Shown: in pieces, positions 38,101-49,211 of the stretch
Layout: every line of letters begins with the position of its first letter
How positions within the stretch are numbered: position 1 is the first letter of the stretch
Assembly (NCBI RefSeq): GCF_964355755.1
Contig: NC_092671.1
Span: 22,890,070 to 22,954,069 of the forward strand
Direction: 5' to 3'
Source of the DNA: Antedon mediterranea
Taxonomy: Eukaryota > Animalia > Echinodermata
DNA: 64,000 bases
Notes under the pieces: generated by a model
The model's input: the letters and a program-made list of their open reading frames with translations, nothing else
The model's database searches: none
What the model was told of the DNA's origin: nothing
Program-made: the position numbers and the translations under genes

Positions 38101-39950
38101 CATTTCCAAGTTTTAGTTTCGTATTCTAAACCGACTTCAGCCAAACGCAACACCGATAAAACAAAACACGAATCTAATGATCGCAAATTTTGGTGGAATA
38201 TTGACAGATATAACGATACAGATAAATTGATTAAAGAGATCATTAATGATAAACAGATACCGATAAGTGGATCGCCAAAACGATTCATAAAACGTTTGTA
38301 TAATGCAACGAGTTACTGATTTAATTTTTTTTGCAAGATTATTTTTAAATTACGACATGTGCTAAATTAATGATAGCATAGTCTACGTATTTTTGATGAG
38401 ATTTGTTTAGTAATGATGTGATTTCAGTTAAAAGAGAATTGAATTTATGTTTAAGTATTGATTTTGTAACGAGTTTTTTGATAAAGATTAATTGTGAATT
38501 TTGATGATCGATATATTGAGATATTGAAAAGAACGACAATCATTTTGTAACAAATATTTTGTTTAACCTTTGAGTCGTTAATCTCAAGCATTAATTAATT
38601 GATATACAATAACAGGAGATTTTCTTAGTACTTTTAATTGTAATTTTTTGGACATTGAGTACAAAAGTCGAATTTGTCGATTGATTGAAATCGTAATTAC
38701 CTGTAAATATAAATGCTTAAATCGATAAAGTTGTGATGATAACGATATATTGTGGATAAGTTTGTGTCAACGGGACACACACATTTGTTTCTTTTAAAGT
38801 TTTAAGTGATTAAGTTTGATATTTGATTTTAGGCTAATCAGCCACAGTTTCTTGAGTTTTATGTTTTGATTTGATGATTTATGTTTGAAGACCATTAGAA
38901 CGCGATGAGTTGTCGCATGATTTGATGTATGTTCAATGTAACATACTATTTTTAAGTTTTGTATTTTTATTTTAACTGATTTATGTTTGATTTACGCGAA
39001 TTTTATACCAAATTCATTTTTAATATTAATTTTTTTTTAAGAGAGAGAAGAGAGAGAGTGAAAGTGATAAGGGTACACTTCAGAGTCAATGGTTTTGGCT
39101 AACTCAATTTTTGCTTATGTATAATAATGTTTTTTTCTTTTATATAACTTTAATTTTGCATGCCACTATTATAACCATTTTTATATTTTAAATAGATTAG
39201 AAAAAAAAAAGGGAAACAGAGGGATGTAATATAACGATATACTTTTATATTTAAGAAAACCGACCTTTGTATCGGAATTCAAATAGGTTCACAAACTTGA
39301 CCCAGAAAGTCCAGAGGAGAGTTTGTCCAGATGTTTTAATGACCATTTAGTTTATAATAGAATCCCTAAAGAAAACACTTAGCTTAACTTTGTGACTGTT
39401 CCCATCGTAAAACAATTAGATATTGACAGTTTTAAGCAGAGATTCGACAGGGCCAATTCATCATTGTAACCTCCCCAGATAAGATCAATCATTCCCACTT
39501 AAACACCCCTGGACCAACTTAGGACCAATCGTTACCCTCACAGATTACGTAGTGACATATGCAAATGAACGGAGGGCCAATATACTCCCAAGTTTCAGAA
39601 GGGCCCAGACACACCTTACAGCCACCTCACGGAGCACACACCTTACAGCCACCTCACGGAGCACACACCTCACAGCCACTTCTTCAGAAGCAGACCTACA
39701 CACTTCACACCTCACTGACAGCATCATTGATCGTCCGTTCCTTATCTATACTTATAGTTGTATATTGTACTGAAGTATTATACTGAATAAACAATATATG
39801 TGTTACGACAGTCAAGCGAGTCAGAGTCTTTCATTAGTACAACAAAGCAACATTATATTACAGTACGTGCATGTTTAAAAAAAAATTAATTTCAGTAAAA
39901 TGATAAAAATGATCACCTATAATTCGTCAAAGTGACAAATTAAATTCTAG
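35146..39950 (+). mobile_element. HINE/DINE-1-like Helentron copy interrupted by an LTR element
   Basis: Body matches the 19159-23829 copies. It is split at GTTAACGTAC|GTGCATG (intact at about 23737). The 3' subTIR, hairpin and CTAG end at 39950. Confidence 0.88.
36439..39862 (+). mobile_element. Young non-autonomous LTR retroelement (LTRs of about 640 bp, no recognisable gag/pol)
   Basis: Near-identical LTRs 36439-37078 and 39225-39862 with TGTAATATAA..TTATATTACA inverted ends. 4-bp TSD GTAC. PBS-like TGGTGGAAGACCC at 37079. PPT AAAGGGAAACAGAGGGA before the 3' LTR. Confidence 0.95.
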
Positions 39951-40261
39951 TTTATTTAGCTATTATATCATCATTTAATCAGAACTACTAGTTTTAAATC
40001 TATTACATTCAAGCAAGCTTCTGTATGCAAAAAGAGAGAAGCGTTCGGACGTTTTTATTATCTCTCCCTCTTCAAAATGTGCATGATTTTATCAGAAGAA
40101 TCCCCAGGCTATCTGCACATATAGCTGAAGAAATTTCTAGGAACGCAGAGGTTCTGTTTAGACAGAATTTGTTTTCAAGGCCTATATGATTGCAAGCATA
40201 GATGTACCTAATAAAACAGTGATCATTTTGTGTGGAAAATGAAAATGCAAGTTCTCTTTAA

Positions 40262-40589
40262 AGATGTATTTTCCCCCTGAAAAAATAATTTTGTTGAATA
40301 TTCCATTTTAATGTAACATAATAGTTATCCACTTTGACAAATAATTGGATTGAAAAAAAATGTATTTACCTGAAAAAAATTTAAAGCAAAAATATTGTCA
40401 AATTGGCTGCCAGCCAATGGATTTTTGGTTGAATTTAACCATTTATTTTGTAATTTTAAAAGTGAAAACATTATTTTTTTCATTTTTCTTTCTATGGAAG
40501 TGATTAACTTTATTAAAACTACAAAATAACATATTCAAAGTCTGATTTAATTAATCTTCATTTTTCATGTTTTTGGGGACAATATATCT
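40262..40589. mobile_element. Kolobok-type MITE (copy 1)
   Basis: TTAA|AGATGTATTTTCCCC ... GGGGACAATATATCT|TTAA. A homologous copy lies at 50720-51062. Confidence 0.8.
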
Positions 40590-40806
40590 TTAATTAAACA
40601 CTTGGTTAAATTAGGACTACAGGGTACAATGTTGGGTGGAAATATTATATTTTCATTTCATTTATTTCGTCTCACATATTTATAACAAAAAATAACAAAC
40701 AATAGAGAGAGACAGGATTCCCAAAAGCGAACTAAATCAAACTATCAAGTGGAAAGATAATAGTGCAGGTAATTCTACGTTGCATTGTGGTGATTTTAAC
40801 AATTAC

Positions 40807-40949
40807 CAATGTAATCTAATTCAGCAAAATATTCATCTCCATATTTCTGGCCAACATCATTTGCTTCTTCCTCATTCCATAAGTTTCCAGCATATGTGCA
40901 AATAAACATACCAGCTGGAATATCATCAATGCAACGTAAACCCCAACCT
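40807..40949 (-). CDS. SETDB1: SETDB1 exon, N-terminal half of the SET domain (143 nt, phase 2 to 1)
   Basis: Acceptor tttatacAG|AGGTTGG and donor ATTG|GTAATT. Encodes (R)GWGLRCIDDIPAGMFICTYAGNLWNEEEANDVGQKYGDEYFAELDYI, which is typical of SETDB1. Confidence 0.96.
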
Positions 40950-41231
40950 CTGTATAAAACAAAAATAAAGATAAGACAAAATATCATTTTACATCATATT
41001 TTCCTCATTTCACAAACAGAAACCAGGACATGATGTCATGACAGGACTGCTTGCCAACAACTAGTCAGTTGATAATGATCTTTGATAGAGGTCAAACGTG
41101 TACTACTTGAACTTGGAAACTCTGGGGAAAAAAGTCATCTTTATTCTTTATTTATTTCCTTTATTGCATCAAGTAAACAGTGATGAAGTTGACATAAATA
41201 TTTTTTTTTAAATCATCAAAGAATATATATT

Positions 41232-43430
41232 TAAGATAAGATAAGATAACTTTTATTGATCCTCAAAAAGGAAATTCATTGCTCGTCATAATAACAAAGA
41301 AAACACTATAAAAACAAAAATAGCATAAAACCATTCATATAAAAACATCTAAAAATTACAATATAAAATTATCTTCTTGACTTCCTGTTGTACTGGATGA
41401 TACCGGAGGGAATAAAGGATTTAGCAAATCGATTTGTTTTCACACTGAGGAGCCTCAATCTACCACTTGGATTAAGTTGGTCTATGATCACTTTGTGGAG
41501 AGGATGAGAGGCATCCGACTCAATGCGTTCGAAATCTTTCTGGAGGTGTTCTAGGTGCACATCGGTAAAGGAAGGCAGTTCCAGACCAATCATTTTACCA
41601 GCCCGACGGATGAAAGTTTCAAGGCGTCCTTTATTCCCTCCGGTAACATTACCAGCCCAACAGGAGAGGCAATACGTCCAAACACTACATATAACGGATC
41701 TATAGAATGAAAGTAACATCAAATCACAGGAGTTAAATTTATATAAAGTTCTCATACAATACATTCTGGGACTTAATTTTTTGCTGATGAAGTCTATATG
41801 GTCTCCCCAACTCAGTTTATCATTGAAAACAATTCCTAGATACTTGTACTGGTCAACAATTTCAATTTCTTTACCTTTGATAGTGATTGGTTGAAAATTA
41901 AATTTATGTTTAGTCCTAAAATCAATGATCATCTCCTTTGTTTTTGATGAATTTATTTGGAGATAATTATCGTCACAAAATTTAACAAATCTTTGTATTT
42001 CGCTACGATAATTTTCATCATTGTTTGAAACTATGAGACCAATAGTACTAGTGTCATCAGCGAATTTAACAACGGGGCAAAGCTCATCATTTAAAGATCT
42101 GTAATCCGCCGTATACAAGGAATATAATTTAGGTGCGTTGACAGTACCCTGAGGAACACCGGTGTCAGAGGTTACGATTTCTGACTTAACACCATTAATA
42201 TTAACAAATTGTTTTCTATCACAAATGAAATTTAAAACTAAACGAACAATCGGACGGGGAAACTCCATATTCAACATTTTGTCTGCTAAGATATGAGGTT
42301 GTATGGTATTAAACGCAGATTGAAAATCAAAATACATAATACGTGCCGAGTGGCCTTTCTTTACATTATCTAGATGTGAATACAATTTATGTAATTTAAA
42401 ATAAAACGCATCACTGGTACTACGGCGTGATCGGTAAGCAAATTGCAACGGGTCTAACACTTTTTCAGCATAAGGTTGCATAATTTTTAAAATAATACGT
42501 TCCAATATTTTCATCGCGACAGACGTGAGTGCAACGGGTCTCAAATCATTCATGCTGTTAATCTTAGGTTTCTTAGGTACCGGTATAATGCATGAAAGTT
42601 TCCAAATATCCGGGAACGCATGATAAGAAAGACACATATTGAAAATAAATGTAAATATACCATCAAGGTGAGGAGAGCAGACCTTAAGTACTCGTGGTGG
42701 GATTCTATCCGGCCCAGCAGCCTTCGATGAATTGAGTTTCATGAATTCGTTATGTACATCAGAAATGCTTATACTAAATTTGGGATCATCTTCAGTCACC
42801 CGACACAAGCTAAATAGAGCCTCTCTTTCTTTTTTAAAATCATGAACATTAAAACGGTTATAAAATTCATTTAACTCATTAACATATTGCACAGTAACAT
42901 TCGGAATCGAGGTGGGTGTATTACCACCGTTTGTGTAACCACTCATAAGTTTCATACCCTGCCAAACTTGTTTCATATTATTAGACCTGAAGTTATGTTC
43001 AACTTTTTTCCTATAAATGTTCTTCTGTTTCATTATTTCAGATTTAATCTCTCTAGTCAATATTTTCATACGATTAGAGTCGCCCATCTTAAAGGCTTTA
43101 CGTTTCTCACACAACAGTAATTTAACGCCTTTCGTGATCCATGGCTTGTTGTTAGGGTAGATTTTCACTTTTTTAACTGGAACGCATTTATCAATACAAA
43201 AGTTTATGTACGAGCTCACTGCATAAGTAATACTATTCAAATCTTCATCCTCCGTAAAAATATCCCAATCGGTAGATTCAAATTCCGCTATCAGGGCTTC
43301 CTCGGCTTCAGGAGACCATTTACGTACATTAATAATTTTTGGTTGGCATGTCTTATTTAACGGGCGATATTTAGGACTGAGTAAAATCAAATTATGATCA
43401 GATTTGCCCAAGTTCGGTAGTGGGGTCGAA
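41232..43430 (-). mobile_element. 5'-truncated Rex1/Babar-clade LINE
   Basis: 3' UTR GAATTTCCTTTTTGAGGATCAATAAAG followed by a (TTATC)n tail. The ORF begins inside the end of the endonuclease (LGKSDHNLILL). Confidence 0.92.
41369..43430 (-). CDS. Rex1/Babar ORF2 reverse transcriptase (open, about 690 aa, N-terminally truncated)
   Basis: PNNKPWIT, KAAGPD, IIPVPKK, DLRPVALTS, LDPLQFAYR, DFQSAFNTIQPH, GVPQGTV, KFADDT, YKYLG with no internal stop. Confidence 0.93.
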
Positions 43431-43672
43431 ATATGTATAACACAAACAAACAAGTTACTGAAATATATCATAGTCCACAAATCAGTCTTTCAATGGCCAT
43501 CATAGTACATCCAGCAACACAACCAAAAGGGGTTCACAACTTGTTTATCATAACTCAGTTCCTGATCATTCACCAATCATTAAAAACTCCGTGGAAAGTA
43601 ACGATCTAACGCGTCGGAGCTGATGGTTGTTTGTGGGAGGTTTAGGTAAGAGAGAGAGAGTAATCTATGAGT

Positions 43673-43995
43673 GAGTGAGTGGCCGAGCGGTTAAGACAGT
43701 GGAACCGTAATTACGTAGCCATAACATCGGCAAGGGTTCGAGGCTCACTCGCTCCATAGTTCTGGTGGTAGAACGAGTCTTCTCGGATAAGGACTATAAA
43801 CCGTAGGTCCAGTGTACACATCTAGCTCGTGTGCACTTTAAAGAACCTAGTACATCTTTCGAGACGAGTAGGGGGTTACCCCGGTGTATTAGTACATCAC
43901 AGCCACTGATCACCAACTGGGCCCTCTGGGAGACCAGTCTTTGACTGAAGAGGTTACCCAATATAAATATAAATTTCAATTCAATTTCAATTCAA
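43673..43995 (+). mobile_element. tRNA-derived SINE with Deu/Nin-like core, full length, tail type A
   Basis: A box TGGCCGAGCGG and B box GGTTCGAG. Core GGACTATAAACCGTAGGTCC..TTAAAGAACC..GAGTAGGGGGTTACCCCGGTGT resembles the Deu domain. Ends in an (AATTC)n-like tail. Confidence 0.88.
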
Positions 43996-44409
43996 TGATC
44001 TTCTTTTTTCATTTTATCAAAGAATTTTCTTGACAACTTCAGATAGAGTGACGATATTGTGGTTTAATACCAAGAATTCTTGGTGCATACAATTATGAAT
44101 AGTTTCAACCACATGTGATTGGCTACTCACTCTAAAATATATTAATATGCATTTACTGAAATTTCAAATATTCAACAACTAAGATGATGTTATATTTTAG
44201 ATGATGTACTCGAACTCGACTCCAACACGTTTCTTTGTGAAGTGAAGTGATGATCAAGTTTCAAAGGCTAGAAATGATTTTATATGAATATCTGGTAAAC
44301 ATTTGATGGGATTTTTCCCAAGAACAAAAAACTCGTCTTCATAAGATAGGCTAGCTTCTCTGCAAATCAAACATTGAATGGATCATTAATGCAAAGATAA
44401 TTATATTAA

Positions 44410-45805
44410 CTAGATGGTAAGCTCGCTTCGCTCGCGTACCATCTAGGTCGTACCCACAGATGGTTCTCGAATACATAATAATTTCAGCGTTAAAAAACTG
44501 GCGATTTCAAATGTACGTACCGCAGGACAATAATACATGTCGTGTACAGGAACGAATAAATAGACACTGTGATTTATGTACTCAACTAAAATTAGCACCC
44601 TATTACTTCCGAAAGAGAAGACCAATTGTTTACCGTAAGTCAAATTTAAACAAACTTAATTTGTGTTTTGTATGTAACATTAGGGTTGAGGGATGGGGAA
44701 GAGGATGGGTGCAAAGAGGAACAATGTTAAAATATATTCTTTATCCATTTAGTAACGAAATATTAATTGCTTTCATGTTTTACAAATAATATACCACTAA
44801 ACACAGTAAAACATTGCGATGTAATACTTTGTTGAAACTATCACCGTCCTAGTCGATTGAAATAGTACAGCACATGTAACGATACATCACTACGACGTGT
44901 ATATGTTTATAATATAATGTAAAACAATTTGTGAAAACCACCTCTATTCGGGGAAAATCATAAATTCGATTTAATCGTCAATAAATATTAAATTATCTAA
45001 CTCAACTTAATTTGTAGGCCTAATGGTTTTCAATTGTTTCTTAGAGCCAATTCATACTTAAGTTGGTTCCTACCCTACCCACCAAAGTTGTTCTGCGTTT
45101 AGGGCATGTGATGTACCGTAGGCCTATTCTCTACTGGTTTTACAACGCTACTCATGCCAGTGAGGGAAAGGTGATGATGTGGGTGGTTTAACTGCAATAA
45201 TAAAGATTTGTACATAATATACGGCGAGTGAAAACGCTAGCTCATTATCCGTTTAAAAAAAAATTATATCCAACCTCTGCAGCACAGATTGAAAACAAAA
45301 ATGGATCGAATTTCGAGTATACAGTGCTGCACTTGCCTTTACGACGCCTGAGGGAATAGACACTTGTGAAACAGAGATTGGAATGTTCCATTCATCGCAA
45401 ATCAATACATTTGTATAATCGTATATTAAATCTATCAAAATAGTATTTTTTTAAGAAAATCGGCCTGTCTTCAACATTATGATGCTGTACTCTAGCTGTT
45501 CAACCAGTTTTCAGCTATTAAAAACAATTATCGTAGGAGGAGATAGGAAAATGCGAAGCCTCCTCGTATTTTTGTGGCGGGTATTTTTCAAGATGGACAT
45601 CCATTAGACAGTGTATACCACGATCGGAAAACACCCCTATTTGGGGCAAATCGTTGAACCTAAATTCGTTTTAATCGTCAATAACTAATTACCTAACTCA
45701 ATTTAATTAGTAAACAGGGTTACATCAGATGGTTAAAATCAGTACCGAAAGTATGAACCAACTTTATATACCATCGAGTAGAAATTCTATAAATTTATAT
45801 ATAGA
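44410..45805 (-). mobile_element. Non-autonomous canonical Helitron (copy 1)
   Basis: Minus strand reads A|TCTATATATAAATTT ... hairpin TAGATGGTACGCGAGCGAAGCGAGCTTACCATCTAG|T, giving 5' TC, 3' CTAG and an A|T target. Confidence 0.88.
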
Positions 45806-46464
45806 TTCCCACCCACCAGACCTTGCCCTGATTGGTGGATGTTCCTGTGGTATGTATCTATTTATTGGCATTTATTTGGCAGGTCTAGGCGGTTTAGAAA
45901 AAAACCAAAAAAAAACAAAACATTTTATACCTATAATACATAATCTTTTGAAATCAAATAAAATCCGTTTGATCATTGCTTGATTCAAAATCCATACTTA
46001 CAGTACATACCGCCCGCCCCATATAGCCAAATACTTCATGCTTATCGGATGTTTCCTGTCCGCAAATCATTTTCTATGTGTTTCACAAGTCTGTATTTCC
46101 AGACAAAAATCGAAAACATCGACTGGTGGACTAACATAAAAATAGTAAAATACAGACTTCAAGCAAGTCTAGTTCGCAAGGTGAGCAAAACAGCCTGAGG
46201 ATCTTTGGAAAAAAATTCCTTTTGACGTACATGCACCCTCTGATAAGAAAATAAATGTGCATTCATGAATGGTGTAGTCCATTATACGTGTAAAAAGGGT
46301 GTCCGCTTATAGTACCAAAGTTAAACATGCGCCTTAACCCGAAGGTCAGTGAAAGTTTAAGTATTTTGTCGCACCCACCTCAATAATCCAGCCTACACAT
46401 CAACACTAATTTAACAAACACATTTTTAACGTCTGATTAAAATAAATCAAGTATCATTTATTGC

Positions 46465-47731
46465 AGTAAAAGCAAGAATACAAGCCAAGACATCTCATGA
46501 AGAACAAGCTGATATAAATGACGACGAACAAATAGAAAGTGAAGAAAGTCCTGGCACCCCCAGCAAACTGTTCTTTTGTCGCAAACAAGGCTGCATTAGG
46601 TCATATCAGAGGTGCTCTTCCCTAGAGAAACACTAAGATTATGAAAATCACAAGAACGCACTAGAACATGAAACACTTTATGACAGGGCAATGAAATTAT
46701 ACGCAACACAACGTAATTACGTAGCCATAACATCGGCAAGGGTTCGAGGCTCACTCGCTCTATGGTTCTGGTGGTAGAACGAGTCTTCTCGGATAAGGAC
46801 TATAAACCGTAGGTTCAGTGTACACATAGCTCATGCGCACTTTAAAGAACCTAGTACATCTTTCGAGATGAGTAGGGGGCTACCCGGTGTACTAGTCCAC
46901 ACAAACACAGCCACTGTCACACACAGAAACTGTGCAATTGGGATTGGACCGTTTTAGGTGTTTACCACCTGTTGGTCCCGATCCTTCACTAACAGTGTTA
47001 GTGAGAAGTTGAATAAATAAAATAAATAAAATAAAAAACAACTAGAAGAGGGTACTTCTAAAAATCCAGAACCAACAAGAACCAACGATTTGCCACGGTT
47101 TGACATTGGCCCCAAACTGCAAATGGGCTGGGCGTTAAAGTCCTCTGCAAAAAAAACCCCGATTTTCTGTACCACAGAAAACCTACCTTATTGATGTTTT
47201 TGACGCTGGAGAGCAGACGGGACAGAAAGCTGATCCATGTTATGTCTCACGAGAGATGAGATCGGCCAGGCACAGCGATGGTTCACATCTATTTAGCAAG
47301 ACTGAATTTTTAACAGCACAGCAGATTGCAAGTTTTTTCTCACACTTGGCTAAAAAAAGGAGGACAGATGCAGCCGTTCCTGATGATGATGATGATGATG
47401 ATGACGAAGATGATGATTACGATAGTAATGAAGATGGTGACGAAGTTGAAGAAAATGGAGACGATTCAGAAACGGAAAAGGAAAGAAAATTCAACTTTTG
47501 TCGCAAACCGTACTGGACACAATAGGCTTGCAGCATCCAATAATGTTTGAAATGCATAATATTTGTGAACTGAAAGCTCAAGAAAAACTCTCCAGATTCT
47601 CTTTGCCAATGTTGCAAGAAATGTGTACTTCTCTTGAACTTGATACCACAGATTTAACCATAAAGCGCAAGAAGCCATACATTGATTTGCTGGGAAAGCT
47701 GGTGTCCATGTGCAGTTGCTCGATTGATTAA
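46465..47731 (+). pseudogene. C-terminal fragment of a DNA transposase, probably Sola3-type
   Basis: LFFCRKQGCIRSYQRCSSLEKH (C2H2-like), ETLYDRAM, MGWALKSS, GEQTGQKADP..VSREMRSAR..LFSKTEFLTAQQIASFFS. Contains a stop, frameshifts and a SINE insertion. The family call is from recalled motifs plus a CTC|TTAA end at 53597. Confidence 0.6.
46712..47037 (+). mobile_element. 5'-truncated Deu-domain SINE (tail type B) inserted in the transposase fragment
   Basis: Matches 62421-62750 from CGTAATTACGTAGCC onward. A-rich tail, flanked by an ACAAC direct repeat. Removing it rejoins YATQ/LEEG. Confidence 0.9.
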
Positions 47732-47909
47732 GGTAGCAATGAAGGTAAAACCATGTCTGTAAGAATTCTTTAAAATAACAATTTAATATGTGGGACGATT
47801 CTGTTGTCTAAATTGTTAGTATTTAAAGTCGCGTTCTGTAAATTTTTAATAAAGCCAAGGAATGAAACAATGGTTTACAACAATAATTTATTGATTGGCT
47901 ACGAATTAT

Positions 47910-48307
47910 TAGGAAATTTCGCACGAGCACATGAACGTTATCGGATGTCACCATTACTCATTTGCATAACAACAGAGTTCAGTGAACATTTGCGTTAACG
48001 TACTTCCTCGTTTTGATTTCGCGCTTCGACGGGAAGTGTAGAACGCAACGCATGTGTAGCGCACGCAACATACGCCACAAGTATTAAAACAAATCATGGA
48101 ATACCTTGGGTTTATAGAGACTAAGCCTAGCCAGGAATGTTTAATCATGTTTTGGTTAACGTTTTCATTTACGCTATTTTTCAGAAATAAGGTTCTCGAC
48201 GCACGTAACTAAAGTTTTTCGTAATGTTTGTGCGCGCACAGCAAGTTGTTTACAAAGTGGGCGGAGCTTGAAAAATAGCGTTAACGTGCTCGTGCGAATA
48301 CTCCCTA
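47910..48307. mobile_element. Short TIR element (MITE), superfamily uncertain (Academ-like TAG..CTA ends)
   Basis: TAT|TAGGAAATTTCGCACGAGCAC ... GTGCTCGTGCGAATACTCCCTA|TAT, with imperfect TIRs and a candidate 3-bp TSD. Confidence 0.65.
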
Positions 48308-49211
48308 TATGAGAAGATAAGAACATTATGTTATATAGCCTGTTTTCCACTAGTCGAAATTATTCGCGCAAATCAAACATTTTCGCGTATACGCACACGT
48401 CAAATGGAACACTTTGTTGATAAAAATAAACTGCGCATGCGCGCGTATAGTGCAAAAAAATAATAATATTATTATTATTATATTATAATAATAATCTATA
48501 TATAAATTTACGTAAGGGCAAAATTCGGTAAATCGCGCCTTACTTTTAGAATTTTTACTCGATGGTATGTAAAGTTGGTTCGTACTTTCGGTACTGATTT
48601 TAACCACCTGATGTAACCCTGTTTACTAATTAAATTATGTTAGATAATTAGTTATTGACGATTAAAACGAATTTAGGTTCAACGATTTGCCCCAAATAGG
48701 GGTGTTTTCCGATCGTGGTATACACTGTCTAATGGATGTCCATCTTGAAAAATACCCGCCACAAAAATGCGAGGAGGCTTCGCATTTTCCTATCTCCTCC
48801 TACGATAATTATTTTTAATAGCTGAAAACCCGTTGAACAGCTCGAGTACAGTATCATAATGTTGAATTGAAGACAGGCCGATTTTCTTAAAAAAAATACT
48901 ATTTTGATAGATTTAATATACGTTTATACAAATGTATTGATTTGCAATGAATGGAACATTCCAATCTCTGTGTTGTTCCACAAGTGTCTATTCCCTCAGG
49001 CGTCGTAAAGGAAAGTACTCTATACTCATAACAGAAACTCGATCCATTTTTTTTTCAATCTGTGCTGCAGAGGTTGGATATAAATTTTTTTAGACGGATA
49101 ATGGTTTCAGTCGCCGTATAGTATGTACAAATCTTTATTATTGCAGTTAAACCACCCATATCATCACCCTTCCCTCTCACTGGCATGAGTAGCGTTGTAA
49201 AGACATAGTAG

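Noticed and set aside
43490-43540. THAP-like CVAGCT peptide on the minus strand
   Set aside because: Flanked by stops with no further THAP motif; likely chance.
43673-43755. Functional tRNA gene
   Set aside because: No clean cloverleaf or terminator; it continues into a repeated SINE core.
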